Source of the DNA: Bugula neritina
Lineage: Eukaryota; Animalia; Bryozoa
NCBI GenBank assembly: GCA_964035545.1
Contig: OZ037770.1
Coordinates: 3,876,662 to 3,940,661, forward strand
Direction: 5' to 3'
Length of the DNA: 64,000 bases
A program made the translations under genes and the position numbers. Every line of letters starts with the position of its first letter. The first letter of the stretch is position 1. Shown here piece by piece: positions 39,088-53,596 of the stretch. The notes under the pieces are model-generated. The model made no database searches. It saw nothing but the letters and a program-made list of their open reading frames with translations, and was not told the origin of the DNA.

Positions 39088-40833
39088 CAGGGGTGTCCAA
39101 CCTTTTCAGACCGAGGGCCAGTCTGCAAGTTTCAGCTTGGGCCGAGGGCCACAAATTTTTTTTTGTTTTTAGAATCAATTTTCAAGATTCATTAAACATC
39201 TGCAGGCTATAATATGTATTATAATTATAAGCGATGGCTAGGCTTTGCATGTTTATTAAAATCATAACATATTTAAATAGATATATATATATATATATTA
39301 CTTATGTGTGTGTATGTGCGTATATATGCATTTAATTAAAATAGGTAAGAAGAACTATTTCATTTTTATTACTTTAATAAACAATAATTATATATGCATT
39401 TATGTTTGTGCATAAAAAATTATACATACATACATACAAAGTATATATTCATGATTGCACATGCAAATTTAAATAAAATGCACCAGTGCTAAGAGTCTGT
39501 ACTAATACCGGTATAGTTGTATTTTACAACCATCAGTGAGACACTTGTGAGTACACAGTGAGTGCTGTTTGCTTTGAACAATTCTGTTAATATCTGGTTT
39601 TGTATCAGAACATGCAACCCTTAGTTAGATGCTGGACTAAGTGCTGATTAGTAAGTGAAGTGTAGTATTTATTTTTGTGTACTTCATTTGGCTGAAAATT
39701 GAAAGTTCAAAGTTCAAACCGTCAAGCCATCTCAGTGTATTGCTGTGCAGTGCAGCATCTAACAAGCAGTCAAAGGTTAAAGGTCAAGGCAATTACCAAT
39801 CCTAAATTTTAGTACATACTCGCGAAAAATTCATTATAAAACAAAATTGTTTAGGCATCTAACCTTAAAACGGTATGTAAATGAAAACAAACATATACAC
39901 AATAATATTTTAGTACTGCATAAGTGAAGTGTGTCAGGGATTCTTCAATTACTTATCTTTCACAATACAATCAATAAAAATGAGATCTTAGTTATACTTT
40001 CAAAAAGTCTTGTCTCTATATATGGCCAGTCCTGATTAAATGTCTTTAAAATATCTGTCTGCACAGGATAGTTACAGGTAACTTTTTTAGCTGCAACTGC
40101 CTTGCTGAGGTTTGCATTGTAACTGTGTAAAAATTTAGTACCAGTAAAAACAATCTCATTTGATTGAAGGCTATTGGAATTAAAATTTAAAAACTATGTT
40201 GTGAACCTTATTTTTCCCAGTGCAACTTTTTTGGAATTTTTTCATTCTTTTGCAAAAATATAGAAAAAAAAAACTGCACATTTTTGGCTAATTTTGCCTC
40301 AAAAGTTGATTTTTTTAGTACCAATCAAATATCTTAGCAGGAAAAGATGATATCTGAATAAAAAAAGCAATGACTTTTAAATTTTATATAAATTGTGGAT
40401 TTATGCACTGGAAATGGTATATTATTTCTTTTTTTAAGTAGTAAGCACCGTGTATCACTTCACGCTTCAGTGAACGCGTAGAGATGAGCATAATATTATA
40501 ATATAGGCGTCTACATTACTATAAGTCACAGGCTTGCTAGCTAACAAACTATAATAACTAGCTTGCTGTTATTGGTTGTAGTTTGATCTCAGGCTAAATA
40601 ATGACAAGTAGGCAACACGCATGCCACCCACAGAACAATATTGTAGAAGAACTTAAACTACATTTTAATAGAAATTCTTAGTGGGATGCTCTCAACTATC
40701 CTATGTGCTGCTGTTTCAGGCTAGTTAGCAAATTTGATAAACAAAAATTTGTAACTTGCTATACCTTGGGGGGCCACACAAATATAGCTGGGGGGCCGGA
40801 TCCGGCCCCCGGGCCGCCTGTTGGACAGCCCTG
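39088..40833. mobile_element. Non-autonomous hAT element
   Basis: TIRs CAGGGGTGTCCAAC / GTTGGACAGCCCTG; perfect 8-bp TSD ATATAAAC. Confidence 0.92.
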
Positions 40834-41619
40834 ATATAAACTATAGAATATACACTCTATAGCTAGCTTCCTAGTTGGACTTCAGAAATTGCTCATTTTA
40901 CTACAACTAATTAATCTAGATTCAAAGTAGACTACACATTCTACAGCATATCGGTTGTAGGCAGTACAACAACATTGCGATCACCAAGATTCCAACTACT
41001 AGCTACTATAATATAATAACCAGTTTCATACCATCTAATTAGTTTACTGCAGAAGTGAACTTTAACCCTTTGGTTTAGTCGCACAACATGAATCATAGGC
41101 CACATGAGCTCCCTGTAATCATTATGATGGCTAAAATGCAGCGCAGCTCTACCGTGTTCAGCCAAGCATGCAGACTAAGTGAGGAGCAAAATTTGTAACA
41201 AAACCAGTATTTAAATTACATGTTTACACTTATTCTATTGAAGCTATGCAGAAAATCTGAAAAGATTCCAATAGACAAGTATCTTATCACCCCATAGGTC
41301 AATTTTCGTGAAGATATATCAATTAGGGATTGAATTATTTTTCGGGCACTGAGACCATGTTTTTTAAGCAAAAATGGGCAAAATTTGGTGGTTTTTTGGA
41401 GCATAAAAATGCAACAGATGACATAAATGAAAGTTTTAAAAAATATTCCAATAGAGCAGCAAGAGATATAGTTCCTTTTGATTGATTTATGAGTTGGGCA
41501 CTGTTTCATATATAATTATAATGGAGCAATGAAATTACTGATTTAGTAGAAGGATGACCTTAATCAAGCTGTGTGGCCCCAGCAATGCAGTGACAGCTAG
41601 AAGGTTGCTCTTATCTATC

Positions 41620-41850
41620 TTGTGTGGACTTGCATTTTGTCAATAAGCAATGGAATTTGGAAGAAAGTAACATGATATCCAGAAATAAAATCAAAATGTC
41701 TTCAAGAAACAGTACCAGGTGTGTAGGAAAGGCTAATTAAAATTTATCACTGAGGTCTACAAGTACTATATGCACATTTTGGTCAAAAACCTAGGTAGCG
41801 TTATTGCATGTTAATTATTAATGCAATAAGGTTTTGCAAACTGTACACTA

Positions 41851-41881
<31 letters not shown>

Positions 41882-41955
41882 CTGGGTGGTCCCTTGGACT
41901 CCCCCCCCCCCGGCATGAGAGTATGGCCTAGAATATTTTTGCCACTACATCTCTG
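41620..41955 (-). mobile_element. Internally deleted, truncated copy of the 12816-14592 hAT family
   Basis: Inverted match to the TIR/first ~45 nt and to 13620-13850. Confidence 0.8.
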
Positions 41956-41959
41956 AGTG

Positions 41960-42380
41960 CAGCTAGAACCACCACATGCAGAATCTAGATAATTGCAATG
42001 AAACTTGTAAAATGGTGTATGTTTTGACCAAATTGTGAAGAGCATAAACAGAATTTCAAAAAAAAAGAAAAAGTATATTAGAGAAAACATATCAAGGAAT
42101 GTCCAGTTTGGATTTTAGATTTAATACAATGAATCTCCTATGCTACAGCATCAGTGGAATATGGAGGGTGTAAAATTTTACTTATTATGTAACAACTTTT
42201 TCAGAAATTTGTCTTTGAAAAATTAAAAAGGTATATGAAAGAGGAATGCAAGAGCTATCTTTTCGTGTATGATTTGTTAATGTGATACAAAAACTATTCG
42301 AGTTATCTCCTGGAAACCGTTTATATATAACATCAAGCAGTGCCTGAATCTCGAAAGTAATGACCTTAAACTAACTGTGT
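41960..42380 (-). mobile_element. Second copy of the 11155-11580 repeat
   Basis: Inverted homology. Confidence 0.7.
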
Positions 42381-43081
42381 AATTGTCATGCTCACCTTCT
42401 GCCAGCTGTGAGTGTAGTCCAACATTGTCCATTGCTATTCCTGATATACACTATAATTTCTTGTATGGTGGGTATTAGTTTATGATAAATTTAGCATATT
42501 ACTGGTATTTCTAAAGGACTACACAATTTGACAATAAGACAATATAATTATTTATAGAAAGATACAACAGTAAAACTTTACATTTATTCAGACAATCGCA
42601 CAACTACTGTTCATTGTTTGCCTGCCTAAGAACAGCTGTCGCAGGAAACCACTGTCCCCAAATGACACGGTCAAAGTCTCTTCTTATTGGAGGATTCATG
42701 CTGATCACGCCATTAGCTCGTGTAGGCAATAGCCTAACACTCTGCTAAGAAAGGGAAAAATAACTTCCCCCTTTTTTTATTATGAATAATCCTGTAAACC
42801 ATCACAATATTGTGCATATTACTATAGTTTTTTTAAAGGATGTATATTGGCATGTGGTATAGAAATGAATATTGAAGTAATGCCAATGAGCATCTGCCCT
42901 ATATTTTGTTCAACTTTGCCAGTTCAATGAAAACCTGTTTGAACTAGTAATGCAAAGTTATATATTAACACATTAGTATAGAATTTATGTTTACACAAAA
43001 AAGACTATAATAAGCTGCTTTACTTTTTTGTGCAGTTTAAATTGCTTGCAAAAAATGTGATTTAGAGCAATCGCTGCTTAG

Positions 43082-43305
<224 letters not shown>

Positions 43306-44019
43306 GTACCAGAAGTGGTTATTGCAAATAAAACTTTGCCTGCAATGTTAAGCCACGCCCACTGGTATCTACTATTACTATATGAAGTGTAATTATATTT
43401 GGGTTTATGTAGCAAAGATGAATTATATTTCTTGCACTACTGATACTAAAACATAAGAATGGATGTTGCACAATAATATTATTATAAAGTTAAAAGATAT
43501 CAGTTTCGGCTACATAAAAAATGTAGATGATATTCGTCATATTTGTGTAACAATAAACCAACAACTATTTTGATATAACAAATGCTCTGTTGTAATTCAC
43601 ATGAGAATGGCCTTCAGCAACATTTAAAGTGTTTCAAAAATAAATTATTAAAAAATAGAGTTTAGGTGAGTCCGATTATGGAAGAAAATCAGTGCGTAAC
43701 AAAAATGATCATGGAAAATATAATTAATTCATCAGCCCTAAAGCCATTATTGGAGAGTTGTCGTCGTCAACTTTGGGGCGCAGAGCGAAACTTATGTGAC
43801 CAAAGTCTAAATTGCGAGTAGCAACTGAGCTACACGATGTTGAAAATGCCACCTCAATAAGAGCTTCACTGATTCCATTTCGTGCACTTCTACATATATG
43901 CCAGTTATCAAAATATTAATAATAAAAATGAATAGTTAATAATTAAAGTACTCCAGTATCCCATATTATTCTTGTTTATTTTATGATCACAATTTTTTTC
44001 AAAACAAGTTCGGTAACAT

Positions 44020-44650
44020 TAATAGTAGTAACATTAATAGTAATACTAATTTTAATAGTATTTACTTTTAATATTACTAATATTAATTACTGTTAGTAAT
44101 TACTAATTACTAAAAGTAAAAGTAAGTTAGTGTTACTGTTACTATTACATTTACTGTATTAGTATTAGTAATACTAATACAGTAATACTATTACTATTAG
44201 TATTAGTAATACTATTAGCATTAGTACTATAACTATTAGTATTAGTATTACTATTAGTATAAATAGTAGTAAAACTGAATTAGGTTAAAAATTATTATTA
44301 AATCCAATTTGTAATGTAATATTATAATATCAATTATAATTTTTATTAATAAAATTATTAATATTCATTAAACATGAAAAATGCAATTGATATCCTAATC
44401 CGGTAATCGTTGAAGTTGACAAATTTCAGTTTCAGTGTTACTGTTATACTAATACTATCACTATGAGTATGATATTCATAGCGACTTATGCTATTAGTAT
44501 TAGTATCACTATTAGTTTTACTGTTAGTATTACTCACTATTACTATTACTATTAGTATTACCATTACTAATAGTAATAGTAATACTAATACTAATAACTA
44601 CTATTAGTAAGTATTAGTAATACTTATACTTATAGTGTTAGTGATTTAGT
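44020..44650. repeat. (TAGTAT/TACTAT) low-complexity region
   Basis: Direct reading. Confidence 0.8.
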
Positions 44651-45433
44651 ATGGCCCATCTTGATGATAATATTAAAAGTGACTCCATGTTATACCCAAT
44701 CACAATGATTATGGTTGACAAATTTACAATAACAATGCTAATACTAATAGTAATTTGATATCGCAGTGTGAATCTTTGGCTTATACTGTTATATATGATG
44801 CTCATACACTTTGACTTGCACTGATCCCCATTAATTATTAGTAAGATGATCTTCTGTGATAATGTTTTTGTTACTGATTAGTGGGTCGCCAAGACTGATG
44901 AGTGAATGTTTATTATGAATCCGTAATATTTCATAGTTTATTGTTATATTCATGCCGTTGTTGATACTCGCAGCTACACTGCTTTATTGCTGATCATGCT
45001 CGTAGTGGTACTAATAACCTAATAGTAATAGTGGTGGTGCTAATCATATTCATCATGATGTAAGAGTGTGAAGTGGTCACTCCGATTAGTTGAACTTAAT
45101 AAATTTACATTCAATATATTTACTGAAAAGCTGTTTGATGAAGATGTGTTCCTATTTTGTATGAACACTCGAAATGACACTTTCTACTGTATGTGTCAGT
45201 TATATATCAAGTTTTCATTATGATCATAATTTAAAAATGACTCAAAATTGTTTTACTTCTGTCACTATTACTATTATTTTATTTTTGTACCTAGTTTTTG
45301 CTTTATTGAATGTACTAAAGGTATCATTGTATTCATAATTAATTTCATAAAATTAGAATTTAACCAACTTCATCATTGATTTAAAAATACCATTTACTTT
45401 TAAGGGATATGTGATGTAGTCTGCCATTGACTG

Positions 45434-48400
45434 ATGATGCTATCTGACAAGCTATGTCTCGGTCTGTTAGTGGCTGTGTGTCTTGTAGTGTACCAAGGAG
45501 CTCTCCACTGTGACTTTGTGTTTGATGATGTGTTCGCGGTTAAGGAGAATAAAGACCTCAGGCCAGAAACCTCCTATCTTAACTTGTTCTATAATGACTT
45601 CTGGGGCACTCCCATGAGTAAAGTATGTTGTTTATTCTAGCCCTTATGTAGCTTATCAAAACGTTCAGTAACTGAGTTTATTTAATAATATAGTTCCCTG
45701 ATTGATCAGCTGTATATCTAACTAAGTTTTCATACATATTCTGTTTGTTGCAATAATTTGGTTTTTCTTCAAGTTCATGAACTCAGCTCCTTGATAAAAG
45801 TGAGTTTTATTTGAGTTTATATAATGATATGTTTTAATTTTATCTCTTTGTATGCTTTTGTGGTAATAATTTAGTGTTTTATTTTGGTATTTGTTTATTT
45901 TGTGTCACCACTTTATTTTCTCAAGTTACTCAAGCTGTTATGTTTATTTTTTACACTGCACTAACTATACATTTATGTTTTTAGTTATTGATTAATCAAT
46001 GTTACTCTCAGAAACCTTTAAGCCTTTTGAGTAAAAACTTTTATGGTTTTATGATAATATCAACAGTTTCCCGCATTATAATTCTGAGATATTTCTTGTA
46101 GGAGAAAAGTCACAAATCCTATCGACCTCTAACTGTACTCACTTTCCGATTGAATTACTGGTTTGGAGAACTGGAGCCGTATGGATATCACTTACTCAAC
46201 ATCATTCTACACTCATTAGTCACTGTCCAGTTTTATTGGTGAGCTCAGGCTATGTGAAGATATATTCAATTTTTGTATATTCTCAGGCTATGTAAAGATA
46301 TACTTAAGTATTGTATACTCTCAGGCTATGTAAAGATATACTCAAGTAATGTGTACTCTTAGGCTATGTAAAGATATACTCAAGTATTGTATACTCTCAG
46401 GCTATGTAGAGATATACCCAAGTATTGTATACTCTGAGGCTATGTAAAGATATACTCAAGTATTGTATACTTTCAGGCTATGTAAAGATATAATCAAGTA
46501 TTGTGTACTCTTAGGCTATGTAAAGATATACTCAAGTATTGTATACTCTCAGGCTATGTAAAGATATACTCAAGTATTGTATACTCTCAGGCTATGTAAA
46601 GATATACTCAAGTATTGTATACTCTCAGGTTATGTAAAGATGTACTCAAGTATTTTATACTCTCAGGCTATGTAAAGATATACTCAAGTATTGTATACTC
46701 TCAGGTTATGTAAAGATATACTCAAGTATTGTATACTCTCAGGCTATGTAAAGATATACTCAAGTATTGTATACTCTCAGGCTATGTAAAGATATACTTA
46801 AGTATTGTATACTCTCAGGCTATGTAAAGATATACTCAAGTATTGTATACTCTCAGGCTATGTAAAGATATACTCAAGTATTGTATACTCTCAGGCTATG
46901 TAAAGATATACTCAAGTATTGTATACTCTCAGGCTATGTAAAGATATACTCAAGTATTGTATACTCCCAGGCTATGTATAGATATACTCAAGTATTGTAT
47001 ACTCTCAGGCTATGTAAAGATATACTTAAGTATTGTATACTCTCAGGCTATGTAAAGATATACTAAAGTATTGTATACTCTCAGGCTATGTAAAGATATA
47101 CTCAAGTATTGTATACTCTCAGGCTATGTAAAGATATACTCAAGTATTGTATACTCTCAGGCTATGTAAAGATATACTCAAGTATTGTATACTCTCAGGC
47201 TATGTAAAGATATACTCAAGTATTGTATACTCCCAGGCTATGTATAGATATACTCAAGTATTGTATACTCTCAGGCTATGTAAAGATATACTCAAGTATT
47301 GTATACTCTCAGGCTATGTAAAGATATACTCAAGTATTGTATACTCTCAGGCTATGTAAAGATATACTCAAGTATTGTATACTCTCAGGCTATGTAAAGA
47401 TATACTCAAGTATTGTATACTCCCAGGCTATGTATAGATATACTCAAGTATTGTATACTCTCAGGCTATGTAAAGATATACTGTAGTATTGTATACTCTC
47501 AGGTTATGTAAAGATATACTCAAGTATTGTATACTCTCAGGCTATGTAAAGATATACTCAAGTATTGTATACTCTCAGGCTATGTAAAGATATACTTAAG
47601 TATTGTATACTCTCAGGCTATGTAAAGATATACTCAAGTATTGTATACTCTCAGGCTATGTAAAGATATACTCAAGTATTGTATACTCTCAGGCTATGTA
47701 AAGATATACTCAAGTATTGTATACTCTCAGGCTATGTAAAGATATACTCAAGTATTGTATACTCCCAGGCTATGTATAGATATACTCAAGTATTGTATAC
47801 TCTCAGGCTATGTAAAGATATACTTAAGTATTGTATACTCTCAGGCTATGTAAAGATATACTAAAGTATTGTATACTCTCAGGCTATGTAAAGATATACT
47901 CAAGTATTGTATACTCTCAGGCTATGTAAAGATATACTCAAGTATTGTATACTCTCAGGCTATGTAAAGATATACTCAAGTATTGTATACTCTCAGGCTA
48001 TGTAAAGATATACTCAAGTGCTGTGCGATGGCTAGCCTCAGTTCCTCACTCTTATTTGCCGTTCACCCGGTGCATGTTGAAGCTGTGACTGGCATTGTGG
48101 GTCGGGCCGAATTACTTTCTGCCTCACTGGCTTTATTAGTCATGCTGGTATACGACAAGTCAATCCACAGCAAAGGTAGGGAGCACTGCATTGTCATACT
48201 GACACATGTCAATGAGGTCATCACTAATGTTTTAGAGACTGAGATCAGTCTAATTGATTTAATCATCTATTAAATTATTCATTCAATGTAGTCTTTAGCT
48301 ACATGAGTCAGCTTTGTGTTCAGTTGAAATGGAGTTTTGTATTCTAAAACAAGAAAAATATTTCTGAAGTACAAAATTTGTTACCCGATGAAATATTTAC

Positions 48401-51400
48401 TGGAGTTGTTTTCCTTTTTTACCAAATAATCAGTCGGCCTATCTACCAATATAATATTTTGCGTTTATTTCTACTTTGTGAATGGCAGATAAACAGTCTA
48501 CTAGTAATCACTCTCCTGTATCTTCACTACTCTGCTACCTGTTAACTCTAAACCTTTCAGGTATATTTGGTTACCTGTGTACTGTACTGTTGCTGTTGGC
48601 TGCCACTCTGTGTAAGGAACAAGGCATCACCATCTCTGCCGTCTGCCTGCTCTACGATCTATTTATAGTACAACAGGTAAGGAGTACCTGCACCTTGGTG
48701 TCACTCAATGCTTGAGTTACAGCAGGGCTGTCCAACAAGCGGCCCCAGGGTCGGATGTGGCCCCCCCAGCCTACATAGCTATGTGTGGCCCTCAAAAGCA
48801 TCACAAATAAAGTTATATTTGAATGTGAGTTTGTGGAAAACTGCACTTTAAATGTCCTATTTTTATATAAATTAAAAACATGCAGCCTGCAGTAGTGATA
48901 AACACTTTATTGTGTGATGATTCATAGAGATTTGGAATAAATTTATTTGAAAATTACTGATACTTTGGCTCCCCCAGCTCAGACTATATTTACAATGTGA
49001 CCCTCACCACCAGAATATTTCCTTTCAGGGACTCTGAAAAGGTTGGACAACCCTTAATTACAGTTTAGTGATAAGTGATGACCTGTTTAGTAGTAGCAAG
49101 TAGTTAATCAAAGTAGTCCAGGCTGCATCACCTAAACTTGTATCTATGGAAATGGTAGTAGATTCTAACCTACACTGTGGTTGCTATGGAAACACATTAT
49201 ATACTATAATTAGACCAACCAAGTGTTCAAAAATATGCTGCAGTCAATTTTACATAATGCACATTTATACAGTTGATTTTGCCTTCCCATAACATAAAAT
49301 GTACTTTTCTGGTTCACATAGTTTCTTTACTCAGTAAATCTTTGCATTCTATCACTAAGTGCCGTCTTACAAATGAGCTTCAAATTAAAATGTCCTTTAA
49401 ATAGAATATTTTAATAAAACACACAAACTTAGACCAGAGTATTAGTATTGTTGATGTCAATGAACACGGATATGGTATTGTGATGTCATTTTAACTTGTA
49501 TTGCAGATGGTATTGAAAGATGTGTTGGATTTAGCAAAGAAAGTGTTAACTATGAAGTTGTCTTCCCTTTCCTTGTCACACAAGCAGCTGATATACAGAA
49601 CTGTGTTCATGGTTACTTCAGTCATTCTGATTTTGATACTTCGAGTTGGTGTCATGGGGGCACAACTACCTGTATTTACCACGTGAGCTATGAAAACGTC
49701 TATAAGCAGCTTCGAGTTGGGGGTGACTGAGTGCAGTAGTTTGGGATTCTCAATTTCTCCACACTTGAGAATCTCAAACTACTGCTCTCAGTGACCCCCA
49801 GTTCGGAGATAGTTATATTTTGGAGTTGAGGGTTCCAACCTAACCCCCTTAACTCCAAACTACTGCACTCAGTTACCCAGTAAGCAGAGCTGTTTATAAA
49901 ACCATCCGTGAGATATAATGTCGGGTTAATAAGTATTGCTTCATGCAGGTAAAGTTTCATTCTAAATTCTTTTAAAGTTAGAAATGAATGAATTCTTTTT
50001 TTTAACAAAGTGTAATATTTGATATATTTTGTCCCCTCAGCTACGTTGGAAAGTTTTGCAAAGTGACTTTATATTGTTTAGCCTGAGTATCTGTTGCTCC
50101 AGTCTTCTTACTTTTCGGGTGCCGGTTTAGCAAACCTCATTTACTAAACGTTTTGAGGATAATAATTTTTCAACCAATTTGCGCTAGTTTCTAAATCAAT
50201 ACTTGATGCAAAAAGTTTTCCTGTATTTCTGAAATTCAGTCATTTTATGTTATAGCCTCTGTTCTAAGCTAAGTATACAGTGTTTGGTTGATCTCAGACT
50301 TGCTTTATTATTAGTAATACAAAGCTTTAAATGCTATACTTTCCTCATAATATTCTCCCTTCTGTTTATTTTGTAGATTTGATAACCCAGCTAGTAATGA
50401 GACAACTCCCTACAGACAACTGACTTACAACTATCTAGTAGCTGTTAACATGTGCTTGTTGGTATGCCCCGCCTACCTCTGCTGTGATTGGTCAATGGGT
50501 ACTGTGCCTGTCATACAGTCTTTTCTAGACTATAGGAATGTGTGTACAGTTGCAGCATATATAGCAGTCTTCAGACTGGTCAAATACTCTATTCAGTTCA
50601 GATCTACCTTCTCAGACAGAATATTTATGGTGAATAGCTCCTTATAGCTGAAAATATTTAACTTTTTGAAACTATCATTACATCTTAGTGAAGTTTTCTT
50701 TCCTTAGCTTACACTGTTTCCTCAGTATAGCTAATGATTAAACCATTGTCTATTGCCTTGTATGTTGTAGTCATTAGTGCTGATAGTATTTCCATTTCTA
50801 CCTGCCAGCAACCTGTTCTTCCCTATCGGCTTTGTTATAGCTGCGAGAGTGCTTTATATACCTAGCTTAGGATACTGTCTTCTGATTGGCTCAGTATTCA
50901 CCTACCTGTATAACCAACACAGGTAAATCCGTTAGAGTGTGTGTGCGTTCGTGTGTGTGTACGTGTGCGTTCGTGTGTGTGTACGTGTGCTTTCGTGTGT
51001 GTGTGCTGTGATGTGCTGGTGTGTGTGTGCTGTGGTGTGCTGGTGTGGGGTGTGGGCGGGCGTGCGAGCGAGTGAGTGCGTTCTAATGCTATTTCACAGG
51101 CTGATCCTAGTTTCAAGGGAGCGCTATTTAACTTAGCCTTACTTCTAACAAACAATTTGCAGCGGCTGTCGGACGCCATCCCCTACCTGAATAGAAATAT
51201 CCAACTATATCCTGACCACGTTAAGAGTTACCTTCTCCTGGGAGATATCGCCATAAATCATAAGAAAGACCTCCAACTGGCTGAACAGGTGAATTTCTGG
51301 TGTATATTTAGTATTTCAAGTCTCACTTCTCACTTTTAGAGTTCAAATCAAAATGAAAAATAAACTGGTGTGTAAAAAACATGGCTTAGTGTGATTTATT

Positions 51401-53596
51401 TCTATTTACTAATAATTTGTATTGAACGTTAAAACAAAACAGACTTGTTAATGTTTATAATTTGATAGTGAGTGGAAAGTTGAACTGAATGGTTCTATAA
51501 GCAGCTCCGAGTTGGGGGTCACTGAGTGCAGTAGTTTCTGTGTTTGGAGTTAAAGGTTTCAATAAAGCAATAAACCCCAACTCTGAAGATAACTGCTGCA
51601 CTCAGTGACCCCCAACTCAGAGCTGCTTATAGAACCATTCAGTTGCACTAGTTAACTTTGTATACATGATATTATAAACTGCTTCCCTTAGTGTGTTTTT
51701 CCCTTAACTGCATTTCATTTACAACTAAGTATTTAGAAATATTAACTAATGAATATACCACATCTAATCTATGTAGGCTTCAGCTATTCAATATAAATCA
51801 ATTAATTTATATAACTGTACAGTTGTATATGCATATTGCTATGTAATCAATAGTAGTAGTGTGAAGTGCTGTATATAACAGTGTTGTATTGTGGGTAGTT
51901 AACCTATAGTATAATATAATAAGTACTTCACATAGTAATATGAACTCTATTTAGTCTAGTGTCTAGCTATGTTCACCTTTCTTCTAATCAATAGTTCACC
52001 CACCTTTCCCTCAATAACTATAATTTGTAACTATAGATTTATCCAACATTGAGGATTTCGAAATTTAAGAGTTGTGTTCCTTTAAAGACAGTTATAGTTA
52101 ATTCTTACGACACAGAAATTGACTGCCTTCACTAATAAAAAGGATATTGGTTTTGTCATTTCTTTCATTTTTAAATATTTTATTTTTACTAGTTATAACT
52201 TTGTAATTATGTTTCAACTTTTATTGACCCTCCGTGTTTCAATATAATATAATGAAATATAATACCATGTTATTATGACCATTATGTTATTATAATTATA
52301 TATTAAAAAGTTAGTTATATATAGTAACATAATCATAGCACACTATCCTATATATCACAGACCAAGGTTACATATTTGCATGTTCTTCACAACTTGGTAG
52401 TAAAATACTGCTAATTACAGGCAATTATTCAGACATTACTTTCACAATCCTCTCCCCTGGCAACTGTAATTGGCTATTTATTGTTAGTCTTCATCTTAGT
52501 GTAAGTAGTGTTTAGCTACTGTAGGTTATGAGTCTCTGCAGAATTGATAACTTCATGTTATTGATTGCTCATATAACAGTTCATTAGTTACATCTCTATT
52601 CACACTTCATTAGTTACATCCTTCTCACACGCTGCCTGCTGCCTTAGCTACTTCTGTCTTCATTTTCTAGTAACTGCCTAACTTTGTAACTCCATTTCAC
52701 TTTTGCAAAGTCCTTGAAATCTCTCGTCATACTAAACTTTAAAACAAATATAATGTAATTCAAAAACTTGATTTCAATTTAAATTAGAAACTTTGTGTCA
52801 ATTTAAAATGAAAATTTGGTTCCAATTTGAATTACAAACTTGATTTCAATTTATAATTATAATCTTGATGTCAAATTTAAATTAAAACTTTTACATATAA
52901 GCATTGAGCAATAAGCTACACCAGATGTAGAAAATAGTATGCCTCAGTTTAAAGAGAATGTTATAAATAGAAACTGGGTCCCTTGTTATACTCAAATTGC
53001 CTCTAAACTTGTCAGCTTTGAGCAGTGGAACAACTATTCAATGTAGACCTTTGCTAATATTCAAAGTGATGGAAGTTTTGTAAAATATTCTTTAGTGTAG
53101 TATAATTATTGGTGTTATGCATGGGCCTTCCTCAAGTAAACACTGATGTCATCAGTTTATGCTGTGATGTCACTAGTTTAGGCTGTGTTGTCTCCGATTT
53201 CTGTAGCATTTATATAATTAACTTATGCATTGCTTTCACTATAGAATAGAATAATCAAATAATGTAGTCATGTCAACAGTTTGCACAGTTGACATTAGTT
53301 TATATTATGGTGTCACTAGTTTGTGTGGTGATGTCACTAGTTTATGTGGTGATGTCACTGGTGTATATATAATGAATTCACTTGTGTTGCAGTGTTTCTC
53401 CAAAGTAAAGAGTCTAGAACCCAGTAACATCCAGGGCCAACACAACCTCTGTGTAGTCTATGTGGAGAAGGGGGAGCTGGACCTAGCCGAATCCTGTCTT
53501 GCTGCCATCATGGCTGCTGCCCCCACTGAGCATTACGTCCAGCAGCACCTTGCCATTGTCAGACAGCGTCTAGCAGATATAGGAAGACCTACCTAG
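45434..53596 (+). CDS. TMTC3: Protein O-mannosyltransferase TMTC3-like gene; exons 45434-45622, 46102-46238, 47997-48175, 48561-48676, 49507-49682, 50377-50629, 50771-50922, 51100-51288, 53393-53596; central TPR exons missing (possible pseudogene)
   Basis: [80 protein letters not shown]. Exons 1-7 have GT-AG boundaries and consistent phases; exon 7 to 8 is phase-incompatible. Confidence 0.85.
46244..48018 (+). repeat. 38-bp minisatellite, 46 units plus the exonic partial unit
   Basis: Unit GCTATGTAAAGATATACTCAAGTATTGTATACTCTCAG; 46249 to 47997 is exactly 46 x 38. Confidence 0.97.
48723..49055. mobile_element. hAT MITE related to 39088-40833, in TMTC3 intron 4
   Basis: CAGGGCTGTCCAAC / GTTGGACAACCCTT; TSD AGTTACAG/AATTACAG (7/8). 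Confidence 0.75.
49699..49900. mobile_element. Palindromic MITE (degenerate, extra internal arm)
   Basis: Same arms as 51483-51644. Confidence 0.65.
51483..51644. mobile_element. Palindromic MITE with ~50-bp inverted arms
   Basis: AACTGAATGGTTCTATAAGCAGCTC..GAGCTGCTTATAGAACCATTCAGTT. Confidence 0.8.

Noticed and set aside
46244-48018. CRISPR-like array
   Set aside because: Units are contiguous with no unique spacers, there are no cas genes, and the context is a eukaryotic intron; it is a minisatellite.
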